Part shown: one piece after another, positions 18,799-27,772 of the stretch
How the letters are laid out: every line of letters begins with the position of its first letter
How positions within the stretch are numbered: the first letter of the stretch is position 1
Assembly (NCBI GenBank): GCA_018818425.1
Contig: JAHISB010000046.1
Span: 1 to 55,298 of the forward strand
Direction: 5' to 3'
Length of the DNA stretch: 55,298 nucleotides
Origin: Patescibacteria group bacterium
GTDB lineage: Bacteria > Patescibacteriota > Patescibacteriia > UBA1558 > UBA10009
The notes under the pieces: model-generated
Seen by the model: only the letters and a program-made list of their open reading frames with translations
What the model was told of the DNA's origin: nothing
Database searches by the model: none
Program-made: the position numbers and the translations under genes

Positions 18799-19845
18799 TC
18801 ACCAAATAATCAACCTTTTAACAATCTGCCAATATAAATTGAAAAGTGGATTAATTAATCTTACTAATCGATTATCAATTTCCTGATGCTCAATCCGGCC
18901 GGAAAAATCCCCAACCACTTCTTTGTCTTTTTTAGTCCTCGAGCTTTGAATTTTTTTTCTCTGCTTTAAAATTTTCAACCAGCTGACGGGGTTTAAAAAA
19001 TAGAAATAAACTTTTATTTTTTCTTGCCGCCAGCCGTTGATAAACGACATCATAAATAATCCCAATTCCATAACTATTAAAGCCGGCAGGATTAATATTA
19101 TAGTGCCGCATTTATAATTTTGAAATAAAACTATATAGCGATTCCTTTCCATATAATAATATTTTTTAATGCTGCGGGAGAACTCGTATTGATGATAAAC
19201 AACTGCCTCTGGAACAATGATATTTTGAAATCCAGCCATCCTGATTCGCCAGCCCAGATCCAAATCTTCGTGATACATAAACAAATCGTCGTTGAATAAT
19301 CCAATCTTTTTTAATGCTTCCATTTTTATCAAACAGGCCGCACCGGAGCAATAGTTAACTTTTTGATTCTCATATCTTGTATCTTGTATCTTTTTTCGAT
19401 GACCGCAAGTATAGCCAAAGCCCAGATAATGAATTACATTGCCCAGACTGTTTATTAAATCCTTTTCAGGATAAAGCAGCAGCTTCGGCTGGACAGCGGC
19501 AATCCGGTTATCAGCTTCAATTTTAGAAACCAATTCATCCAAATATCCTTGAGTAATAATAGTGTCCTGGTTTAACAGCATAACATAATCAAAGCCCCGC
19601 TCGCCGGCATAATTAATGCCGATATTATTGCCCCGGGCAAAGCCGACATTTTTTGCCTGCGGCAACAGCCCGACTTGAGGATATTTTTTCTTGATAAAAT
19701 CAACTGAATCATCGGCAGAATTATTGTCAACTATGATAATTTGCTGATTCACAGTTTTCGGCCCATAGTCAAAAATACTCCCTAAAAGCTCCGGGAGGTA
19801 TTTTCTGCCATTGTAATTGACAATAATAATCGCAACTTTTTTCAT
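18799..19845 (-). CDS. Glycosyltransferase family 2 (rhamnosyltransferase-like)
   Basis: IIVNYN, VDNNSAD, GFARGNN, LLNQD, SGAACLI, FMYHEDLD. Confidence 0.92.
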   Translation of the reverse strand: MKKVAIIIVNYNGRKYLPELLGSIFDYGPKTVNQQIIIVDNNSADDSVDFIKKKYPQVGLLPQAKNVGFARGNNIGINYAGERGFDYVMLLNQDTIITQGYLDELVSKIEADNRIAAVQPKLLLYPEKDLINSLGNVIHYLGFGYTCGHRKKIQDTRYENQKVNYCSGAACLIKMEALKKIGLFNDDLFMYHEDLDLGWRIRMAGFQNIIVPEAVVYHQYEFSRSIKKYYYMERNRYIVLFQNYKCGTIILILPALIVMELGLFMMSFINGWRQEKIKVYFYFLNPVSWLKILKQRKKIQSSRTKKDKEVVGDFSGRIEHQEIDNRLVRLINPLFNLYWQIVKRLIIW

Positions 19846-19854
19846 AGAAACTTT

Positions 19855-20217
19855 TTAATCATCGCCATTTTTATTTTCGATGCTTTTTTCTTTCTTATCT
19901 AAAGCAAGGTGTCTGACTATTTTTGTGATTTCCCTCTGCTGTTTATCGATTTTTAAATATAATCTGAATATTAAATAGAAGATTATCAGAACGGCCACGT
20001 AAACCGCCAAATCCACTCCCCTGCCAATGCCAAAAAACAGAGCCAAATACGAAGTTGTCTGCGGCAGCCAAAAAACAACTAAAACAATTATCCAAATCAG
20101 CAGCCAGCCGATAAACTCCGACGGCTTTAAAATATTATCTTTGAATTTTTTGGTTAGCCGAAAAACAACAAAGGTAACAAATAAGCTGACGATGATTTGT
20201 AAAGGCAGATAGTTCAT
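19855..20217 (-). CDS. DUF2304-family small membrane protein
   Basis: Three TM, GIGRGVD, ITKIVRHLAL; directly downstream of a DPM-like GT2. Confidence 0.85.
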   Translation of the reverse strand: MNYLPLQIIVSLFVTFVVFRLTKKFKDNILKPSEFIGWLLIWIIVLVVFWLPQTTSYLALFFGIGRGVDLAVYVAVLIIFYLIFRLYLKIDKQQREITKIVRHLALDKKEKSIENKNGDD

Positions 20218-20322
20218 ATTATTTGAATATTAGATTATTTGATTATTAGTGAGTTCTATTATTCTAATACTCTAATAGTCTAATAATCTATCAATCAAAT
20301 ACTCTAATAGTCTAATAGTCTA
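20218..20322. repeat. 8-mer-periodic imperfect palindrome (TATTAGA(T/C) / TCTAATAG)
   Basis: atttgaat attagatt atttgatt attag, then tctaatac tctaatag tctaataa tcta tcaa tcaaatac tctaatag tctaatag. Confidence 0.85.
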
Positions 20323-20979
20323 TTTATTGATCTTCCCAAAAATGATATCCCGTAAAATCTTAAAGCCGCCCGTTAATCCTTGCCCAAATTCATAATACCT
20401 GATGGTTACAGGAACTTCAAGATATCTTAATTCGTTGTTAACTATCTGCTCTATTATCTCGGACGGATGAGCCATTCTGTCTTGAGTAATCCTGATTTTT
20501 TCCAAAGCTTTGTGGGAAAGCGCCCTAAAACCGTTATGGGCATCGGTGAGTTTGGCGCCGTACATTAAATTTTGAAAAAGCGCGGCCGGCTTAAGAATCA
20601 GCCATTTTTTAAAAAAGGGAGTTTGGCCTGTTTGGTTTAAAAACCTTGAACCCATAACAATGTCGGCCCTGCCTTCGGTTATCGGCTTAATTAATTTGGG
20701 AATCTCGCCGGCCTGGTGCTGGCCGTCGGCATCAAAATGAACAACAATGTCGGCGCCCTTATTTAGAGCATAGCTGTCGCCGGTTTCCAAAGCGGCGCCC
20801 TGTCCCCTGTTGATTAAGTGCTCTAAAACTGTCACGCCCAAATTTTGGGCCAGCTGACGGCTATTATCAGTTGAACCGTCGTCAACAACGATTACTTCGC
20901 CATATTCTTTGACATTATTAATAACCTCGGCTAAATGCGCAGACTCATTGTAACAAGGAATGATGATAAAGGTTTTCAT
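20320..20979 (-). CDS. GT2, polyprenol-phosphate glycosyltransferase (DPM1-like)
   Basis: IIPCYNE, VDDGSTD, NRGQGAA, FDADGQH, GSRF, TDAHNGFRA. Confidence 0.9.
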   Translation of the reverse strand: MKTFIIIPCYNESAHLAEVINNVKEYGEVIVVDDGSTDNSRQLAQNLGVTVLEHLINRGQGAALETGDSYALNKGADIVVHFDADGQHQAGEIPKLIKPITEGRADIVMGSRFLNQTGQTPFFKKWLILKPAALFQNLMYGAKLTDAHNGFRALSHKALEKIRITQDRMAHPSEIIEQIVNNELRYLEVPVTIRYYEFGQGLTGGFKILRDIIFGKINK

Positions 20980-20980
20980 A

Positions 20981-22267
20981 CTATCTTCCTACAGGATAAT
21001 ATTTAAATCCTAGTTTTCTTACTTTTTTATCATCCACAATATTCTTGCCGTCAAAAATCACCGGTTTTTTCATTAAAACTCTGACTCTGTTCCAGCTTAA
21101 ATCGGCAAAAATCGGCCATTCGGTGGCAATAATCATCGCTTGCGAACCTTCTAAAGCCGCGTAAGGCGATTCGCAGAAAACTGTTTTTTTATGAAGCAGG
21201 CACTTGGCGTTGACCATAGCTTCCGGGTCGTAGACTTTGACTTTGGCTCCGGCCTTCTGCAAAATTTTGACAATATCAATAGCCGCTGACTCGCGAATAT
21301 CGTCGGTATTGTCTTTAAAAGCCAGACCTAAAACAGTGATTGTTTTCTGGTTTAAACTGCCCATCACTCTTTTGATTTTTTCGATAAATAACTTTCTTTG
21401 CCTGCTATTAACTTCGATAACCGATTTTAATAATCTAAAATTATAGCCGCTGCCTCCCGCTAATTGACGCAGGGCTCTGACATCTTTAGGAAAACAGCTG
21501 CCGCCATAGCCAATCCCCGCTTTTAAAAAAGCCGGTCCGATTCGCTTATCATAACCCATGCCCTTGGCTACTTCTTCAACATCAGCGCCGACCCTTTCGC
21601 AAAGATTGGCAATTTCGTTAATAAAAGAGATTTTAGTCGCCAGAAAAGCGTTTGAGGCATATTTAATTAATTCAGCGGTCTCGCGCGCTGTAACAATTTT
21701 ATGAGTTTTGATTTTAGCAAAAAGATTCATGACTTTATAGCCGGTCGATTCTTTAACAGCGCCTACCACGATTCTGTCTGGATGAAAAAAATCATAAATG
21801 GCCTTGCCTTCCCGTAAAAATTCCGGACAGGAAACAGCAAAAAACCTGCGCCCGTTCTTTTGGTTAAGAATATCTTCGATCATCTGACCGGTACCGACCG
21901 GCACGGTGCTTTTAGTAATTACTACCTTGCCTGTTTTAGCGTATTTATTGATGTCTTGGGCCACTTGCTTGACATAAGTTAAGTCGGCGCTACCGTCTTT
22001 TTTAGGCGGGGTGCCAACGCAAATAAAAATCATCTCTGCTTTGTTAATCACTTCCGCCAGACTGGCGGTAAAAAACAGGCGGTGGCTTTTTAAATTCTTT
22101 TTTAATAAACGGCCCAGGTCCGGTTCATAAAACGGTTCTTGGCCTTTAAGTAAAGTGTTGATTTTATGGTGATCCTTATCAACGCCAAAAACAGTATGGC
22201 CCAGTTCTGCCAGTCCTATGGAACTGACCAAACCCACATAACCTGTGCCGATGACGATTATTTTCAT
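20981..22267 (-). CDS. ugd: UDP-glucose 6-dehydrogenase
   Basis: GTGYVGL, KSTVPVGT, PEFLREG, KYASNAFLA, GYGGSCFPKD. Confidence 0.95.
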   Translation of the reverse strand: MKIIVIGTGYVGLVSSIGLAELGHTVFGVDKDHHKINTLLKGQEPFYEPDLGRLLKKNLKSHRLFFTASLAEVINKAEMIFICVGTPPKKDGSADLTYVKQVAQDINKYAKTGKVVITKSTVPVGTGQMIEDILNQKNGRRFFAVSCPEFLREGKAIYDFFHPDRIVVGAVKESTGYKVMNLFAKIKTHKIVTARETAELIKYASNAFLATKISFINEIANLCERVGADVEEVAKGMGYDKRIGPAFLKAGIGYGGSCFPKDVRALRQLAGGSGYNFRLLKSVIEVNSRQRKLFIEKIKRVMGSLNQKTITVLGLAFKDNTDDIRESAAIDIVKILQKAGAKVKVYDPEAMVNAKCLLHKKTVFCESPYAALEGSQAMIIATEWPIFADLSWNRVRVLMKKPVIFDGKNIVDDKKVRKLGFKYYPVGR

Positions 22268-22271
22268 GTTA

Positions 22272-22374
22272 TTAAATGATTAAGGATTAAGGATTGATGA
22301 CTGATGATTAATGATTGAGGATTTATTTGAAAATTGTGTCATTGAAAATTCAATGAAAATTGAAAATTGATTAT
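22272..22374. repeat. Heptamer tandem tracts (GATTAAG/GATTGAT, then TTGAAAA)
   Basis: gattaag gattaag gattgat gactgat gattaat gattgag, then ttgaaaattgtgtcattgaaaattcaatgaaaattgaaaattga. Confidence 0.8.
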
Positions 22375-23313
22375 TTATTTCAATCTCTGCTTAAAATCCT
22401 CGATAGTTTCTAAAAGCCCTTTCTCTAAATCAACAACCGGCTGCCAATTAAGTTTTTCTTTGGCTAAGCTGATGTCCGGCTTTCTTTTGACCGGATCATC
22501 CTTGGGCAAATCATAATAAGTAATCCGGTTTTTAGAGCCGCACAGCTCAATCACTTTTTCAGCTAATTCTTTCATCGTGATCTCAAAGGCCGGATTGCCC
22601 AAATTAACCGGTCCAAAATAATTATTGAATTTCATCATTTTTACCATGCCTTGTATCAAATCATCAATATGCATCATGCTTCTGGTCTGGCTGCCATTGC
22701 CGGCTATCGTAACTTCTTTGTTAGAAAGAGATTGTTTAATAAAGTTTGGCAAAGCCCGGCCGTCATCAAATTGCATTCTGGGACCGTAAGTATTAAAAAT
22801 TCTGACTATTTTGACATCCATCTTATATCTTTTTTGATAATCGTAGCACAAGGTTTCGGCGCACCTTTTACCTTCATCATAACAGCTTCTGGGCCCGATG
22901 GGATTAACATTGCCCCAGTAATTTTCTGTTTGAGGATGAACTTGGGGATCGCCGTAAATTTCCGAAGTTGAGGCCTGAAGAATTTTAGCCTTAAACTTTC
23001 TGGCATACTTTAACATGTTGTCCATGCCAATCACGTTGGTTCTAATAGTTTCTATCGGGTCTTCAACATAATGAATCGGCGAAGCCGGACAGGCCAGATT
23101 ATAAATCTCATCAATTTCTCCATCATCATAGGGTTCGGTGATGTCGTGTTCAACTAATTGGAAATTCGGCTTGTCTAAAAGCTGTTTGATATTTTCTTTT
23201 GAACCGGTGAAAAAATTGTCCAGGCAGGTTACCTGATGTCCTTGAGCCATCAAAAAATCGCATAAGTGCGACCCTATGAATCCCGCTCCGCCGGTGACTA
23301 ATATTTTTTTCAT
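22375..23313 (-). CDS. UDP-glucuronate decarboxylase (UDP-xylose synthase)
   Basis: GGAGFIG, NLACPASP, ASTSEIYG, RSCYDEGKR, RIFNTYGP, DDP..RKPDI. Confidence 0.93.
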   Translation of the reverse strand: MKKILVTGGAGFIGSHLCDFLMAQGHQVTCLDNFFTGSKENIKQLLDKPNFQLVEHDITEPYDDGEIDEIYNLACPASPIHYVEDPIETIRTNVIGMDNMLKYARKFKAKILQASTSEIYGDPQVHPQTENYWGNVNPIGPRSCYDEGKRCAETLCYDYQKRYKMDVKIVRIFNTYGPRMQFDDGRALPNFIKQSLSNKEVTIAGNGSQTRSMMHIDDLIQGMVKMMKFNNYFGPVNLGNPAFEITMKELAEKVIELCGSKNRITYYDLPKDDPVKRKPDISLAKEKLNWQPVVDLEKGLLETIEDFKQRLK

Positions 23314-24224
23314 AATTCTTGAAAATATTTAGTAGTCCTCTTTATCCCTGACTTCAAATCGATTTTTGACTCCCAGCTTAATTCTCTTTTAGCTTTGTTT
23401 GATTTTAAAACGCTTCTAAAAACTTCTCCCGGAATTGCCTTACGATGCCTTGCCTTTTGATCGGCTATTAATTTGCTGATCATCTGATAGAGCTGATTGA
23501 TTGAAGTTTCTTGGCTGGTTCCAATATTATAAATTCCTTGTCCTTTATTGATTGACTTGATGCAGGAATCAACTACATCTCCCACATAAACAAAGTCTCT
23601 GGTTTGCTGGCCGGAACCGTTGATAAAACACTGTTTATTCTTTAATAAATTATTGATGAAAATAGCCACGACCCCTGCCTCGCCTGCCGGGTCTTGCCTG
23701 GGCCCGTAAACATTTGCCAATCTCAAAGAAACATAATTTAAATTTTTGACTCTTGAATAATAATTCTTCAGATATTTATCAACTGTCAATTTATTGAGGC
23801 CATAGGGCGAATCTGGATTTTCCGGAGTGCTTTCGGGCGAGGGAATTAATTTTGTTTGTCCATAAATTGCTCCGCCTGTCGAAGTAAAGATAAGTTTCTT
23901 TACTTTGGCTGACAGACTATTTTCAATCACATTAACTGAACCTAAAACATTGATGCTGGCGTCTTCTAAAGGATATTTTAATGAATATGGCACGCTCTTT
24001 TGGGCAGCTAGATGAAAAACTATCTCGGGCTTTTCTTTTTTGAATATTTTGTTGAGTCCCGGGTTAACAATATCAAGCTTATAAAACTTGGCTTTTTTAT
24101 TTAGGAATTCTTTTTTGCCGGCAGCAAGATTATCAACGATTACAACTCGGTGATTTTTAGCAATTAACTTGTCTACTAAATGAGAGCCAATAAACCCTGC
24201 TCCGCCTGTTACTAATATTTTCAT
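23310..24224 (-). CDS. NAD-dependent epimerase, UDP-glucose 4-epimerase-like
   Basis: GGAGFIG, HLAAQ, STGGAIYG, PYGLNK, NVYGPRQ, TRDFVYV; ATG at 24224 preferred. Confidence 0.88.
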   Translation of the reverse strand: MKILVTGGAGFIGSHLVDKLIAKNHRVVIVDNLAAGKKEFLNKKAKFYKLDIVNPGLNKIFKKEKPEIVFHLAAQKSVPYSLKYPLEDASINVLGSVNVIENSLSAKVKKLIFTSTGGAIYGQTKLIPSPESTPENPDSPYGLNKLTVDKYLKNYYSRVKNLNYVSLRLANVYGPRQDPAGEAGVVAIFINNLLKNKQCFINGSGQQTRDFVYVGDVVDSCIKSINKGQGIYNIGTSQETSINQLYQMISKLIADQKARHRKAIPGEVFRSVLKSNKAKRELSWESKIDLKSGIKRTTKYFQEL

Positions 24225-24236
24225 ACTGATAATAAA

Positions 24237-24368
24237 AAGTTTCAAGATTCAAGTTACCAAGTATCAAGGAAGTAATAAATTATAAGGTCAAAGTTATAAA
24301 AATTATTTACACCTTGAAATTTATCACTTTAATCTTCCTTGAAAATTGACTCCTGAAACTTGAAACTT
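24237..24368. repeat. Heptamer-periodic imperfect palindrome (TTTCAAG / CTTGAAA)
   Basis: Left arm aagtttcaagattcaagttaccaagtatcaaggaag vs reverse complement of right arm aagtttcaagtttcaggagtcaattttcaaggaag. Confidence 0.85.
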
Positions 24369-24376
24369 ATGAAACA

Positions 24377-25525
24377 TTATAGATATTTTTTTAAGATGTC
24401 GACCTTATCGGTTCTTTCCCAGCTAAATTCCGGTTCAGTCCTGCCAAAATGTCCGTAAGCGGCCGTAAGTTGATAAATCGGCCTCAACAGCTGAAGCTGC
24501 TCAATAATTTTGCCCGGGCGGAAATCAAATGCTTCTTTAATAATTTCTTCCAGTTTTTCATCAGTTACCTTGCCGGTTTGAAAGGTATCGACATGGACGC
24601 TGGTTGGTTCGGCCTTGCCGATAACATAAGCAATCTGCACTTCGCATCTTTCGGCTAAGCCGGCGGCCACCGCATTTTTAGCTACGTAGCGGGCCATATA
24701 AGCGCCGGAGCGGTCCACCTTGGAAGGATCCTTGCCCGAAAAACACCCGCCGCCGTGTCGTCCCATGCCTCCGTAGGTATCAACAATAATCTTTCTGCCG
24801 GTTAAGCCGGTATCGCCCTGCGGCCCGCCGATAACAAACCGGCCGGTCATATTAATATAAAATTGGGTTTTTTCGTCTAAGTAATCGCCGCAGACAGGCT
24901 TAATTACTTGTTCCAGTATGTCTTGGCGCAGCTGTTCTAAAGAAACCTTTTCGTCATGCTGGGCTGAAATAATAACATTCTGCAAACGCACCGGCTTATT
25001 ATTTTCGTACTCTACAGCCACTTGAGACTTGCCGTCGGGCCTTAAATAATCAAGAAGGTTATTTTTGCGCACTTCTGTCAGGCGCCTGCTTAACTTATGC
25101 GCCAGCATAATCGGCAAAGGCATAAGTTCTTCCGTTTCACGGCAGGCGAAGCCGAACATCAGCCCCTGATCGCCCGCTCCCTGCTCCTCTGTCGATGATT
25201 TATTTACTCCTTGGGCAATATCAGGCGACTGTTCGTGGATAGAAACTAAAATGCCGGCGTGTTCAGCATCGATGCCGTAAGCGGGATCAGTATAACCAAT
25301 GTTATGCAAAACCTCCCGCGTAATTTTTTGAACATCCACGTAGCCCTTAGTGGTTATTTCTCCTCCCACAATAACCAAGCCGGTCGTGGTAAAACTCTCT
25401 ACCGCTACATGGGAATTGGGGTCCTGGGCAATAAGAGCATCCAGAACCGCATCGGATATCTGGTCGCAAATTTTATCCGGGTGGCCTTCGGTAACTGATT
25501 CGGAAGTAAAAATATACTTGCTCAT
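24377..25525 (-). CDS. metK: S-adenosylmethionine synthetase
   Basis: [42 protein letters not shown]. Confidence 0.98.
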   Translation of the reverse strand: MSKYIFTSESVTEGHPDKICDQISDAVLDALIAQDPNSHVAVESFTTTGLVIVGGEITTKGYVDVQKITREVLHNIGYTDPAYGIDAEHAGILVSIHEQSPDIAQGVNKSSTEEQGAGDQGLMFGFACRETEELMPLPIMLAHKLSRRLTEVRKNNLLDYLRPDGKSQVAVEYENNKPVRLQNVIISAQHDEKVSLEQLRQDILEQVIKPVCGDYLDEKTQFYINMTGRFVIGGPQGDTGLTGRKIIVDTYGGMGRHGGGCFSGKDPSKVDRSGAYMARYVAKNAVAAGLAERCEVQIAYVIGKAEPTSVHVDTFQTGKVTDEKLEEIIKEAFDFRPGKIIEQLQLLRPIYQLTAAYGHFGRTEPEFSWERTDKVDILKKYL

Positions 25526-25545
25526 AATCTTTAAAGATTAAAAAA

Positions 25546-26565
25546 TTAATTATCAAATCTTAACAACTGTTTGTGGGCTTTGGTATAGTCCAAAGTTTTT
25601 TGCAAACCGCTCTCTAAGCTTATTAAAGGATACCAGCCCAGTTTATCTTTAGCTAAATTAACATCTGGCAAACATAAGGAGGTGATAAACTCTAAACGCT
25701 CGCGGTAAACAACTTGGGCAGATGAATTGGTTGTTTGGATAATTTTATCAGCCACTTCGCTTAACAAAACATCGCTATCACTGCCTAAATTAACCGGCTG
25801 GCTTAGATCGCTTTTCATTAATTTGATCAAGCCGTCAACAATGTCGCCGACGTAACAAAGCGTGGTGGAAAAATTTTTATCGCCGTAAATTACCAAATCT
25901 TTGCCGGCCAAAGCGCCCATGATAAAATCAGAAATCATCTGGCCGTCGTTAAGAGCCAGCCTGGGACCGTAAGTTCTAAAAATTCTGGCGATTTTATAAT
26001 CTTTTTTATAATAATTATTATGGGTCGTAATCATTGTTTCGGCGTAACGTTTGCCTTCGTCATAACAACCGCGAGGGCTGATAAAATTTACCACGCCGGC
26101 ATAATCCTCTTTAATTTTTTCCTGACTTTGTCTGTGGCCGTAAACCACCGCCGAAGAAGCGTGTACTAATTCAGCATCATATTTTAAAGCCCAGTCCAAA
26201 ACATTTTTAATGGCCTGGGAATTGGCCAGCAAAGTATCAATGACTAATTTATTAAAATTTTTAGCCGAAGTAGGGCAGGCCAGATTATAAATTTCTTGGA
26301 TGCCAAAAACTTTGATCTGAAATTTCTTCAATTCAGGCAGGTTTTCTAATTCCAATGGCTCCGCAATGTTGTGCTTGATAAATTCAAAGCTGGGATTCTG
26401 CAGTAAAAATTGAATATTTTCGACGCTGCTGGTAACAAAATTATCAAGGCAAATAACATTATTTTTTTTAATCAGCTCTTCGCATAAATGGCTGCCGATA
26501 AAACCGGCGCCGCCCGCGACTAAAATATTTTTTCTTTTTTGAACTGTTGAATTATTCTTTTTCAT
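25546..26565 (-). CDS. UXS-like NAD-dependent epimerase/dehydratase, divergent paralogue
   Basis: GGAGFIG, NLACPTS, CYDEGKR, RIFRTYGP; ASSAVVYG replaces ASTSEIYG. Confidence 0.85.
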   Translation of the reverse strand: MKKNNSTVQKRKNILVAGGAGFIGSHLCEELIKKNNVICLDNFVTSSVENIQFLLQNPSFEFIKHNIAEPLELENLPELKKFQIKVFGIQEIYNLACPTSAKNFNKLVIDTLLANSQAIKNVLDWALKYDAELVHASSAVVYGHRQSQEKIKEDYAGVVNFISPRGCYDEGKRYAETMITTHNNYYKKDYKIARIFRTYGPRLALNDGQMISDFIMGALAGKDLVIYGDKNFSTTLCYVGDIVDGLIKLMKSDLSQPVNLGSDSDVLLSEVADKIIQTTNSSAQVVYRERLEFITSLCLPDVNLAKDKLGWYPLISLESGLQKTLDYTKAHKQLLRFDN

Positions 26566-27265
26566 AAATTCCCCTTAAATAATTTATTCTTATTTTAATA
26601 AGCTCTAAAAAAGTTTTGGGATAATCAAGCAGTTTAACTCTGGAAGCCGGACGATTTTCCCAAGTTACCGGCAGTTCTAAAATTTTAAACTTCTCCTGTC
26701 TGGCTAAAAATAAAATCTCAAAATCAAAGCCCCAGCGGCTTAAAGTCTGTTTTTGGAAAAGAGGCAAACATTTTTTATTAAATAACTTAAAGCCGCATTG
26801 AGAATCTTTAACGGACGGAACGGCTAATAATTGGATGAGTTTATTCCCCGCTTTGCCCAAACAGACCTTAAACTTAGACTGTGGAATAACCACTTTTGAT
26901 TCTTTAAGGCCTCGCGAGCCAATAATAATGTCGCGCCCTTCTTGGAGCCGTGGCCAAAATTGGTCCAGCTCTTCAATAGCGGTTGAATAATCGGCATCTA
27001 TAAAAAGCAGCCATTCACCTTGCGCAGCCAGCATGCCTGCTTTAACTGCCGCTCCTTTGCCAAGGTTTTTGGCAAAGGAAATAACATGTAAATTCTCAAT
27101 ATTAGCCTGCTCAATCTCGGTTAAAGAATTATCGTTTGAACCATCGTTAACAACTATAATTTCGCTGTTCCATTCTTTATTTTTAAGATAATTGCTTATT
27201 TTACTTAAAGTTTCCCTAATATGCAAAACTTCATTATAAACCGGGACAATAACGCTTAAAAACAT
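26552..27265 (-). CDS. GT2, dolichyl-phosphate beta-glucosyltransferase-like
   Basis: VPVYNE, NDGSND, NLGKGAAV, FIDAD, DSQCGFKLF, WGFDFE. Confidence 0.9.
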   Translation of the reverse strand: MFLSVIVPVYNEVLHIRETLSKISNYLKNKEWNSEIIVVNDGSNDNSLTEIEQANIENLHVISFAKNLGKGAAVKAGMLAAQGEWLLFIDADYSTAIEELDQFWPRLQEGRDIIIGSRGLKESKVVIPQSKFKVCLGKAGNKLIQLLAVPSVKDSQCGFKLFNKKCLPLFQKQTLSRWGFDFEILFLARQEKFKILELPVTWENRPASRVKLLDYPKTFLELIKIRINYLRGIYEKE

Positions 27266-27282
27266 AGTTTAATCTTTTGCTA

Positions 27283-27312
27283 ATTATACAATATCTATTC
27301 TGATATTGACAA
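27283..27312 (-). promoter_or_regulatory. Putative sigma70 promoter
   Basis: Minus strand TTGTCA-N18-TATAAT, 17 nt upstream of ATG 27265. Confidence 0.55.
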
Positions 27313-27331
27313 GGTTGGGAAAAAAATTGCC

Positions 27332-27772
27332 TTATCTTTTAAAGACCCAGAATTTCACTAACGTAAAATTAATCATAACGCTGGAAATAACCAGTAAAAC
27401 TTTAGCATATAAATCATAAACTCCCAAAATATCTACCAGCCAATAAAGGATAAGCTGATTCACTCCCAAAGTGAAAATATTAACTAAAAAAAATTTTAAA
27501 TATTGAAAACGAGCGTTTCTGTTATCTAGATTTTGAAAGGTCCAGTATTTATTAATAAAAAAACTTTGAGTAACCGCCAAAGAAAAAGAAATGGCATTAG
27601 CCGCTAAATAATTATGTCCAAACCAGCTAAAAATTCTGGTTAAAGCAAAATAAACTCCAAAGTCAGTCAAAGTATTCAAAACGCCCGTAAAAGAATATTT
27701 AATAAACTGCTTTAAAGAAGGATATTTAGGCCAGATTCTGTTTTTTAAAAAATTTAGAACTAAAACTATCAT
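27332..27772 (-). CDS. GtrA-family lipid-linked sugar flippase
   Basis: QFIKYSFTG..NT..D, NKYWTF, KFWVF; four TM. Confidence 0.9.
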   Translation of the reverse strand: MIVLVLNFLKNRIWPKYPSLKQFIKYSFTGVLNTLTDFGVYFALTRIFSWFGHNYLAANAISFSLAVTQSFFINKYWTFQNLDNRNARFQYLKFFLVNIFTLGVNQLILYWLVDILGVYDLYAKVLLVISSVMINFTLVKFWVFKR

